Below, piece after piece: positions 9,301 through 16,478 of a DNA stretch of 64,000 nucleotides. Under the pieces are notes generated by a model, which worked only from the letters and a program-made list of their open reading frames with translations, was not told where the DNA came from and searched no databases. Position numbers and translations under genes: made by a program. Source of the DNA: an uncultured Acidobacteriota bacterium (GTDB lineage Bacteria; Acidobacteriota; Thermoanaerobaculia; Multivoradales; UBA5704); contig CAVYRF010000001.1 of the NCBI GenBank assembly GCA_963770895.1, forward strand, positions 416,001 to 480,000. The letters run 5' to 3'. Positions within the stretch are counted from its first letter, which is position 1. The number at the start of each line of letters is the position of its first letter.

Positions 9301-10429
9301 CCTCGTAGAAGCGCGTCAGGATCTCCTTCCACGAACCGGAGAGCAGGTCGAAGGTGATGGTGGCCTCGCCGCGGTCCCGCCGCCGGTTGTTGAGCTCGCG
9401 GCAGACCAGGCTGAGCAGGGTGGGGTCGACCGTGAGCTCGGCGAGCGGCGGCGGGCCGTCCGCGCCGGCCTGCCGCCCGGCAAGGCCCTGGCGTTCCGCC
9501 GCCGCGCCACCGGCGCCGGCCGTCTCCTCATGCTCCGCCGCCGCGGCGCCCGCCCCGTCCGCACCGCCCGCCTGGGCCCGGCCGGCGCCCGAGACGAAGC
9601 GCACGACCTTCTCCGCCACCTCCGGCGCGATGAGGTGGCCGCCGGCGCAGGTCACGACGCGCAGCGCCGCTTCGCCGGTCATGTGCCGCAGCGCCAGCCG
9701 GCTGGCTCCGAGCGAGCGCATGCGGGCGCGCAGGGTGTCGAGGTCGGCCAGGAAGTCCTGGCGCAGGCAGACCAGGATCTTGTAGTCGTGCCGTTCGGGC
9801 GAGAAGTCCGCGGCGAGCGCCGGCGCGGCGTCGAGGCGCGCCTTGACCGCCGCGGGCGGGCGGCCCTCGACCAGGTCGGCGAGCTCGGCGAGGAACGCCT
9901 CGCGGCCGGGGTCCTTTCTGCCCAGGGTGAAGATCTCCTCGAACTGGTCGAAGACCAGCAGCGGCACGACGATGCGGTTGGCCGCGCTCCAGAAGTTGGC
10001 GCCCGCGCGGTGGAGCGACTCCCAGAGGGTCTCGCCGGGCGGCAACGGCGGCGCCTCGACCCGCGCGTCCGCCGCCGCGGCAAGGATCGCGTCCCGCACC
10101 TGGTCGACCAGCCCCCGCTCGGCGGGGCCGCGCTCGCCCGCCCAGGCCAGCCGGATGGCGACCGGCAGCACCTCCTGCCGGCGCAGCCGCGGGAAGAGGC
10201 CGGCCTGGAGGAGCGAGGTCTTGCCCAGCCCGGAACGGCCGTAGACCACGGTGGCACGGGTCGATTCCCGCATCACCGTGCGGCGCAGCTCCTCGATCTC
10301 GTCTTCGCGGCCGAAGAAGAAGGCCTGGTCCTGCTCGCGGAACGACGGCAGCCCCGGCCAGGGATTGTCGCGATCGACCTGCCCGCCCTGGGCGGCAAGG
10401 GACGCCGGCGCCGGCGCGGCCTCCGTCAC
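6320..10429 (-). CDS. nSTAND1-type P-loop NTPase - coiled coil - TM helix - WD40 repeats
   Basis: NPWPGLPSF...FFFGREDEI, Walker A GRSGLGKTS, Walker B LLVFDQFEEIF, ELTHDVL, hydrophobic LALVLGWVLVATVVLAIAAAVLW, many FSPDG...TAS.DGTARLW repeats. GTG 10429 overlaps the upstream TGA (GTGA). Confidence 0.88.
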   Translation of the reverse strand: MTEAAPAPASLAAQGGQVDRDNPWPGLPSFREQDQAFFFGREDEIEELRRTVMRESTRATVVYGRSGLGKTSLLQAGLFPRLRRQEVLPVAIRLAWAGERGPAERGLVDQVRDAILAAAADARVEAPPLPPGETLWESLHRAGANFWSAANRIVVPLLVFDQFEEIFTLGRKDPGREAFLAELADLVEGRPPAAVKARLDAAPALAADFSPERHDYKILVCLRQDFLADLDTLRARMRSLGASRLALRHMTGEAALRVVTCAGGHLIAPEVAEKVVRFVSGAGRAQAGGADGAGAAAAEHEETAGAGGAAAERQGLAGRQAGADGPPPLAELTVDPTLLSLVCRELNNRRRDRGEATITFDLLSGSWKEILTRFYEASLAGLTPEMRTFIEDRLLTRSGYRDSVAWDNAVAVPGVTAAALLTLRDRRLLRIEERHGVDWVELTHDVLTEVIGESRELRRQREARRQAEEDAREADRLAQQAGERERETRRLLARSRKLALVLGWVLVATVVLAIAAAVLWRHSQAAEKAADSAQRRAERALFDSAGNLIEKGRAAQALAYLASIMRSRPEDSDDARHRALGILLHESWPLPVLRVRHDRAVTAAELSPDGERLLTASLDGTARLWRVRDGAPLAVMRHGGAATSAAFSPDGDRVLTGCQDGVARIWDGRSGAPLGREMKVYPPVDGVAWSSRGDRLMISSYEGTTLWDARTQERLTPPYHVAALSPDGKRFAATGNTVIGEPPLLVVLPTAEAPLLFDRRAGAARGELSSLGKDATLVAFNHRGDRLLTVGAQGTVRIADLTTLRVVSTHDHKAPVTWAEFSPDDHTLLTVCADRVVRLWNLDAPGSPPRPIPHDRLVSTAHFSPDGRWVLTGSRDSAAWLWDARTGETAMQALRHKGPVNVVGWSRDGRKAVSAADDGTAEIWDMRPDRYARPQLLAQPVRYALFGSRGAEAIAVTQDGTVRLWDLATGESSVVSPGGLPVLSANLLADGRLAVVAADPQRNTLQAWDARTGRSLSAVIKVPQVRELSSAQVSADGERLLALGPWWAVGWQIQSWDARSGKEIPATRQLDDKRPEIDDEGRFVLTWAKSGLQVWATQTGRMVGHVELANPIVGLWSPHARLIAILAADHVLRFFAPSGKPTGSSVPFDSGFQTLSFSQDATRMIATLGRGEVEVREIANGRLLCRIQLASQVYPPVAETPFVAELSADGQRFLARSADGFAQVWDVDSCHQLAEPLWHAPPQGWVTRATFSPDGSRVMTVDNDGTVRVWDQPETSSADSTALADLAEAVGGFAVDDAGNAVPVDHPVERLARLRASAARPAGMSNLAGQVVRWFFADPGTLTLSPFSTIKISAAQAAQAPAPAAGASP

Positions 10430-11823
10430 GCCGAGGCGCCCTTCCTCTCCTGCTGCTGGTACTTCCGGTAGAGATCCCGCAGCCGCTCGACGAAGGATGG
10501 GTCGGCCTGCCCGGCAGGCAGGCGCGTCCAGTGGAGGGCGCGGAACAGCTCGGGCAGCGCCGCCTCGCTCGCCGAGACGTCGTCGACCGCCACCGGCAGG
10601 ATGAACGGCCGGTTGGGCGGGAAGAGCGGCGCCAGGTCGACCGCCTCGTTCCATTCGCGGCGGAAGAAGCGCGGGGCGTCGGTCAGGGTGTGGCGCGAGA
10701 GGACCGGCACGAACAGGCTGGAACCCTGGATGGCGCGCCGGATCTTGAGGCGGTAGTCGTCGCCCCCTTCGAGCGCCTGCTTGTCGAACCAGACGTCCAG
10801 GTTGCGGGACGCGAGGGCGTCGTGGATGGCGCGCGCCGCCTCCAGGTCCTCGCTCGCATAGGAGAGGAAGATGGCGCCGGGCTGCATCTCGGCGCGGCCC
10901 GGGCGCGGCGCCCCGGCGGCGGGGTCGCCGGCGGCGGAGGCGCCGGGCGCGGGCGCGGGATGCGCTTCGCCCCAGCGCCGCGCCAGCTCTTCGACGAACA
11001 GCGCGGCGCCGCCGGGGAAGACCTGGATGCCGGGACCGAAGTGGTGCAGGAAGAGCGCCAGGCCTTCTTCGCCGACTCCCGCTCGGTCGGCGAACACGTC
11101 GGTCTTGCCGCGCCGCGCCGACAGGCGCGCGCCGGTCCCGATGCGCAGGAAAAAGCGCGTCAGCCAGTCGGGGAAGTTGGTGCCGAGCACCAGCAGCGGC
11201 CGCTCGGCCAGCTCGTCGAGGACGCGCGGCCGCGTGTCCTCGGTCTGCAGGGAGTGGACGAACTCCAGCCGGTCCTCCTCGGTCAGCGCATATTCGCTCG
11301 ACAGCGCCGAGAGCTTGCCGAAAAGATGAAGGACGGCGGCGTCGCGCTCGCCGATGTCGCCGGGATCCACCGCCCCCGGAGAATACGAGAAGACCTCGGT
11401 GCGCGGCTCGCCGTCGAACCGCACCTGGTCGAGCGCCGCCTTGAGCAGCGAATCGAAGGTGGTCGAGATGAACAGCCGCAGCCGGGGAATGCCGGCGAGC
11501 AGCAGCAGCGGGCGCGGCAGCGGCAGCTCCTGCGGCGGGGGCATCGCCGACTTGAGCGCGGAGTAGAGGTACTGGACGTTGCCGCCGCGCGCCAGAAACC
11601 GGTAGGCCACCGCGTCGAGCTCGGCGCCGGCCGGATAGGCGTCGACCTCGACCTTGAGCCGCGCCGCCAGGCGCTCGGCGAGCAGCCGGTTGAGCGGCAC
11701 GTCACCGCCCGCTAGCGGCAGCGTGAGCAGGCCCTGGCCGACCACGGTCACCACGCGCCCCTCTTCGATGTACTCCAGGAGCTGTTCCCAGAAGAGCTCG
11801 AGGTCCGCCGCGGAAGCGCTCAT
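10426..11823 (-). CDS. SIR2-like domain + TIR domain protein
   Basis: N-terminal SIR2_2-like pattern (VVTVVGQGL, FISTTFDSLL, VLHLFGKL, LLVLGTNFPDW). C-terminal TIR (IFLSYASED, VWFDK, GGDDY..KI..AI, LFVPVLS, FFRREW). Start ATG 11823. Confidence 0.85.
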   Translation of the reverse strand: MSASAADLELFWEQLLEYIEEGRVVTVVGQGLLTLPLAGGDVPLNRLLAERLAARLKVEVDAYPAGAELDAVAYRFLARGGNVQYLYSALKSAMPPPQELPLPRPLLLLAGIPRLRLFISTTFDSLLKAALDQVRFDGEPRTEVFSYSPGAVDPGDIGERDAAVLHLFGKLSALSSEYALTEEDRLEFVHSLQTEDTRPRVLDELAERPLLVLGTNFPDWLTRFFLRIGTGARLSARRGKTDVFADRAGVGEEGLALFLHHFGPGIQVFPGGAALFVEELARRWGEAHPAPAPGASAAGDPAAGAPRPGRAEMQPGAIFLSYASEDLEAARAIHDALASRNLDVWFDKQALEGGDDYRLKIRRAIQGSSLFVPVLSRHTLTDAPRFFRREWNEAVDLAPLFPPNRPFILPVAVDDVSASEAALPELFRALHWTRLPAGQADPSFVERLRDLYRKYQQQERKGASA

Positions 11824-11935
11824 GGAGTGTGCGACAAAAATATGCCGGGCGCGGCGTTCCGTCAATCCAGGGCACGCGCTATGCTGCCCGCCATCCGTCC
11901 AACCCGTTTCCTCGACCTGACCTGCAGGAGGGAGC

Positions 11936-12898
11936 ATGCCGCACGTCACTTTCGTCCATGGCATCGCCAACAAGCCGCCCGCCGACCAGCTGCTCGACGT
12001 CTGGCGCCGCGGCCTCGCCGCGAGCGACGGCATCGACCTGGGCGCCCAGGGGTTCACCTCCTCGATGGTGTATTGGGCCGACGTGATGTACGCCAGCCCG
12101 CTCGCCGAGGCCGCGGTCGAGCGCGCCACCAACGAGGCCGCGAGCGAGGCGCTGGAGCCCGAGCCGGTGGATCTCGGCCTCGACGAGATGGACGCCGGGG
12201 AACGGTCCTGGGTCGCCGGGCTCGCCGCCAAGCTGGCCGTGCCGCTCGCCGTCGACGACGTGGTGGCCGCCGCCGCCCCGGGGCCGCTGCGCGACACCCT
12301 GGAGCGCATCCCGCTGCCGTGGCCGATCAAGGAGCGCATCATGAAAAGGTTCCTGCGCGACGTCCACCACTACCTCTTCGACGTCGACTACAGCCCGCGG
12401 CCGGGGGACACCTACCGGGTGCAGGAGGTGATCCGCGGGCGCATGATCGCGGCGCTGGCGGAGGGCGCCTCGCAACCGCCGCCGCATGTCGTGGTCAGCC
12501 ACAGCATGGGGACGGTGATCGCCTACGACTGCCTGATGCGGGTCGCCGCCGCCCCGGCCGTCGACGGCCTGATGACCCTCGGCAGCCCGCTCGGTCTCGA
12601 CGAGATCCAGGACAAGCTGAAGCCCGAATGGAGCCGCGACGACGGCTTTCCGCTCGCCAAGCTGCGCGGCCGCTGGGTCAACGTCTTCGACCGCCTCGAC
12701 CCGGTGGCCGGTTTCGATCCCGAGATCGCCAACGACTATCGCCGGGCGGGCCGCGCGGCGGTGGAAGACCTCAACGAGCAGAACCACGGCGCCTGGCGGC
12801 ACGACGTCAGCAAGTACCTGGCGGGGCCCGGGCTGCGCGGCAAGCTGGGCGAGCTGCTCGGGCTCACCGGTGCCGCGGCATCCGCGGCGGAAAGCTGA
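11936..12898 (+). CDS. Alpha/beta hydrolase
   Basis: FVHGI oxyanion motif, nucleophile elbow SHSMG, TLGSPLG, WVNVFDRLDPV (Asp), WRHDVSKYL (His). SD GGAGGGAG upstream. Confidence 0.85.
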   Translation: MPHVTFVHGIANKPPADQLLDVWRRGLAASDGIDLGAQGFTSSMVYWADVMYASPLAEAAVERATNEAASEALEPEPVDLGLDEMDAGERSWVAGLAAKLAVPLAVDDVVAAAAPGPLRDTLERIPLPWPIKERIMKRFLRDVHHYLFDVDYSPRPGDTYRVQEVIRGRMIAALAEGASQPPPHVVVSHSMGTVIAYDCLMRVAAAPAVDGLMTLGSPLGLDEIQDKLKPEWSRDDGFPLAKLRGRWVNVFDRLDPVAGFDPEIANDYRRAGRAAVEDLNEQNHGAWRHDVSKYLAGPGLRGKLGELLGLTGAAASAAES

Positions 12899-12909
12899 GG
12901 CGCGGCGCC

Positions 12910-14616
12910 ATGAGCTGGAACGAGGAGGACTACCTGGCGCGGCTCGCCGCGGCCATCGAGCGCTTTGACCGCGCCGGCGCCACCCGCCTGGTCGACGAGC
13001 TGGCCGCGGCGCTCGACCAGGGCGAGGCGCCGTCGCCCGCGGCGGCCCGCACGACGCTGCAGTCGCTGCGCCGCAAGTGCCTTTTCGACCTGATGGAGCG
13101 CGCCGCGGTGGCGCTGCGCCAGGCGGGACGGGACGAGGCGCAGATCCGCCGCCAGCATGCCCAGGCGCTGATCGACCAGGGGAAGCTGACGGCGGCGATC
13201 GACCTGCTCGAAGGGCTCGTCGCCCGCACCGCCGGGGACCCCGCCGAAAACGGCGAGGCGCGCGGCCTGCTCGGCCGCGCCTGCAAGCAGCTGTACATTG
13301 GCGCGGTCGGCGGTGCCGCCGGCGGCAGCGAGCCCGCCCGGTCCGGCGCCGGCGCGCGGCGCGCGGCGCAGCGGCACCTGGCGCGCGCCGTCGAGGCCTA
13401 CCGCACGGGCTACGTCGCCGACCCCGCGGGCCGCCTCTGGCACGGCATCAATACCGTGGCGCTGGTCTGCCGGGCGGGCCGCGACGGCGTGGAACTCGCG
13501 GCCGCCCCCGACCCCATGGCGCTGGCGCGCGAGATCCTGGCGCGGATCGGCGGCCCGCGCCAGGCGGTGGCGGCGTGGGACGTGGCGACCGCGGCCGAGG
13601 CCTGCGTCGCCCTCGGCCGGCCCGAGGAGGCCCTGCTGTGGATCGGCGAATACGTGCAGCGGCCGGAGGCCGACGCCTTCGAGCTCGCGAGCACCCTGCG
13701 CCAGCTGACCGAGGTCTGGCAGCTGAACCTGGCGACGCCGCCGGGCTCGCTGCTGCTGCCGCTCCTGCAATCGAACCTCCTGGTGCGCAAGGGGGGCCGG
13801 GTGGAGCTCGCGCCCGGAGAGCTGGGCCAGGCCATCGACCGCAGCCGCGAGGCCGCCGGCGCGGCCGAGCAGGCGACCGGCGAGCAGCTCGAGAAGATCC
13901 TCGGCCGCGACGGGGTGGTGACGCTCAAGTGGTACCAGACCGGCCTCGAGCGCTGCCGCACGGTGGCGCAGGTGCGCACCCGGCTCGACGAAGGCGTCGG
14001 CACCGGCTTCCTGGTGCGCGGCGGCGACTTCGCGGCCGGCCTTGCCGGGCAGATCCTGCTGCTGACCAACGCCCACGTGGTGAGCGCCGATCCCGCGGTG
14101 CAGAAAGAGCACGGGTCGCTCGATCCCGGCGACGTCCAGATCGTCTTCGAGGCGCTCCCCGGCACCGCCGGGCAGAGCTACCGCGCCGCCCGCCTGCTCT
14201 GGACCTCCCCTCCCGAGGAGCTCGACGCCACCCTCCTCGCGCTCGACCCGCCGCTGCCCGCCTCGGAGTGCTTCCCGCTCGCCCGCCGCCTGCCGGTCGC
14301 CGACGGCCAGCAGAAGGTCTACGTCATCGGCCATCCCGGCGGCCGGTCGCTGTCGATCTCCTTGCACGACAACCTGTTGCTCGACCACGACGGCGAGCGT
14401 CTGATCCACTACCGCGCGCCGACCGAGGGGGGCAGCTCCGGCAGCCCGGTGTTCAACCAGCAATGGGACCTGCTCGGCCTCCATCACGCGGGCGGCTTCG
14501 CCGTGGCCCGGCTGCGGGGCCAGACCGGCACCTACGCCGCCAACGAGGGAATCTGGATCCAGCGCATCATCCAGGAGCTCCAGAAGGCGGGGCTGCAGGA
14601 AATCTGCGCTCCTTAG
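12910..14616 (+). CDS. TPR (MAP3K TRAF-binding/DUF4071-like) + trypsin-like serine protease
   Basis: Helical repeats EARGLLGRACKQLY, WHGINTVAL, WDVATAAEACVALG. Protease triad motifs GTGFLV, LLTNAHVV, LDATLL, TEGGSSGSPVFNQQWDLLGLHHAG. Starts 11 nt after the hydrolase stop. Confidence 0.87.
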   Translation: MSWNEEDYLARLAAAIERFDRAGATRLVDELAAALDQGEAPSPAAARTTLQSLRRKCLFDLMERAAVALRQAGRDEAQIRRQHAQALIDQGKLTAAIDLLEGLVARTAGDPAENGEARGLLGRACKQLYIGAVGGAAGGSEPARSGAGARRAAQRHLARAVEAYRTGYVADPAGRLWHGINTVALVCRAGRDGVELAAAPDPMALAREILARIGGPRQAVAAWDVATAAEACVALGRPEEALLWIGEYVQRPEADAFELASTLRQLTEVWQLNLATPPGSLLLPLLQSNLLVRKGGRVELAPGELGQAIDRSREAAGAAEQATGEQLEKILGRDGVVTLKWYQTGLERCRTVAQVRTRLDEGVGTGFLVRGGDFAAGLAGQILLLTNAHVVSADPAVQKEHGSLDPGDVQIVFEALPGTAGQSYRAARLLWTSPPEELDATLLALDPPLPASECFPLARRLPVADGQQKVYVIGHPGGRSLSISLHDNLLLDHDGERLIHYRAPTEGGSSGSPVFNQQWDLLGLHHAGGFAVARLRGQTGTYAANEGIWIQRIIQELQKAGLQEICAP

Positions 14617-14704
14617 CCGCCGGTGAGGCATTTCCCGCGGCAGGTTGCGGCGGCGGCCGGGAGCTCCCGAGTTTGGAGGCGCAGAACACCCAGGCGAGAT
14701 CTTA

Positions 14705-14732
14705 TTTGAAGAAATTATCAACGCTGTATAGT
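14705..14732 (+). promoter_or_regulatory. Possible promoter upstream of exporter gene
   Basis: AT-rich patch with TTGAAG (14706-14711) and TATAGT (14727-14732). Spacing of 15-16 nt is suboptimal. Confidence 0.4.
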
Positions 14733-14771
14733 GTGTAAAGGTAAGCCCTTGCTCGCTGTGAGGGGTTCAGG

Positions 14772-16475
14772 ATGAGAGCGGTCGTACAACTTCTTGGCGT
14801 TTTCCTCGAGTGGTCGAAGGGCGTGCGGCGCTCGCGCTCGTCGGTAGTGCTGGCCAGTTTGGCGGGGGGCGTCTCCGGTCTTGCCAGCACGGCGGTGATC
14901 GCGGTCATCAATGCCGCTCTCAACGGCCCCGCTGGCTCCCGGCCGGCGCTGGCGCGGGAGCTGGCGGCGCTGTGCGTGGTGATTCCGCTCAGCGGCTTCC
15001 TGTCACAGGTCCTGCTCGCGCGGCTGACGGCCCAGGCGGGATATGAGCTGCGGATGACGCTGTCGCGGCGGATACTCGCTGCACCGTTCCGGCTGCTGGA
15101 GGAGATCGGCGCGCACCGCCTGCTGGCGACTCTCAACGAAGACATCCTGGCGGTGACCAACGCGGTCTCCACCCTGCCGGTGCTGGCTATGCAGCTCACT
15201 GTCCTGGCGGGATGCCTGGTCTATCTCGGGTGGCTCTCCGGGCCGCTGCTGCTGTGGCTGCTCGGCTACATGGCGATCGGCCTGGCCACGTACCAGCTGC
15301 CGCTGCGGCGGGCGGTGAGCTACTACCGGCGGATGCGCGGGGAGTCGGATTCGATGTTCCGGGCCTTCCGCGCGCTCACCGAAGGGGCGAAGGAGCTCAA
15401 GCTCAATCGCGAGCGGCGGGAGGTCTTCCGCGACCAGCAGCTGGAGCCTTCGCTGGCGGGGCTCCGGCGCTACGGCGTGCTGGCCAGCACGTTCACCGTG
15501 GCCGCCGCGCACTGGGGGCAGATCCTGTTCTTCGTCTTCATCGGGCTGAGCCTGTTCGTGCTGCCCGGCTTTGTCAGCGTCAGCCACCAGGCGCTGAGCG
15601 GGTATGTCCTGGCGGTCCTCTACATGATCTCGCCGCTGGCGGTGATCCTGAACAACGTGCCGACCTTGGGGCGGGCCTGGATCGCTGCCGAGACGGTGCA
15701 GCGCCTGGGGCTCTCCCTGACCGACCAGCAGCCCGAGAAGGCGGCGGCGGCGCGGCCCTGCCCCGGCTGGAACCGCCTCGAGCTGCGCGGCGTGACGCAT
15801 GTCTACGGCGCCGACGGCGAGGAGCGCTTCCGCCTGGGTCCCCTGGACCTGACCCTCCAGCCGGGCGAAGTGCTATTCCTGATCGGCGGCAACGGCAGCG
15901 GCAAGACGACGCTGGCCAAGCTCCTCATCGGCCTCTATGAACCGGAGGAGGGGGAGATCCGCCTCGACGGCCGGCCGGTGACGGAGGAGACCCGGGACGA
16001 GTACCGGCAGCGCTTCTCGGTGGTCTTCTACGACTTCTTCCTGTTCGATCGCCTGTTCGGCATCGACCCTGCGTATCTGCGGGCTCACGGGGGGGACTAC
16101 CTGGCCCGGCTCCATCTCGCCCACAAGGTTCGCCTGGAGGGGGACCGGCTGTCGACCCTCGACCTGTCGCAGGGGCAGCGCAAGCGGCTGGCCCTGCTTG
16201 CCGCCTATCTGGAGGACCGACCGATCTACGTTTTCGACGAGTGGGCGTCGGACCAGGACCCCACCTTCAAGCAGATCTTCTACCACCAGCTGTTGCCGGA
16301 GCTGAAAGCGCGGGGCAAGACCGTCATCGTGATCACTCACGACGATCGCTATTTCGATGCCGCGGACCGGATCGTCAAGCTGGAGCAGGGCCAGGTGGAG
16401 TACGACACTTGCGATCGAGCCCCCTTCACGACCGAGCAACGCGTCGGCGACGAAGTGGCGAGCGCTCCCTGGTAG
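14772..16475 (+). CDS. Cyclic peptide export ABC transporter (PvdE/SyrD family)
   Basis: TM domain, GAKELKLNRERR, Walker A GGNGSGKTT, LSQGQRKRLAL, FDEWASDQDP, VITHDDRYF. Confidence 0.93.
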   Translation: MRAVVQLLGVFLEWSKGVRRSRSSVVLASLAGGVSGLASTAVIAVINAALNGPAGSRPALARELAALCVVIPLSGFLSQVLLARLTAQAGYELRMTLSRRILAAPFRLLEEIGAHRLLATLNEDILAVTNAVSTLPVLAMQLTVLAGCLVYLGWLSGPLLLWLLGYMAIGLATYQLPLRRAVSYYRRMRGESDSMFRAFRALTEGAKELKLNRERREVFRDQQLEPSLAGLRRYGVLASTFTVAAAHWGQILFFVFIGLSLFVLPGFVSVSHQALSGYVLAVLYMISPLAVILNNVPTLGRAWIAAETVQRLGLSLTDQQPEKAAAARPCPGWNRLELRGVTHVYGADGEERFRLGPLDLTLQPGEVLFLIGGNGSGKTTLAKLLIGLYEPEEGEIRLDGRPVTEETRDEYRQRFSVVFYDFFLFDRLFGIDPAYLRAHGGDYLARLHLAHKVRLEGDRLSTLDLSQGQRKRLALLAAYLEDRPIYVFDEWASDQDPTFKQIFYHQLLPELKARGKTVIVITHDDRYFDAADRIVKLEQGQVEYDTCDRAPFTTEQRVGDEVASAPW

Positions 16476-16478
16476 GGG

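Noticed and set aside
11827-12909. 929-aa ORF overlapping the hydrolase
   Set aside because: The upstream part is an off-frame read of the hydrolase gene; the protease starts at ATG 12910.
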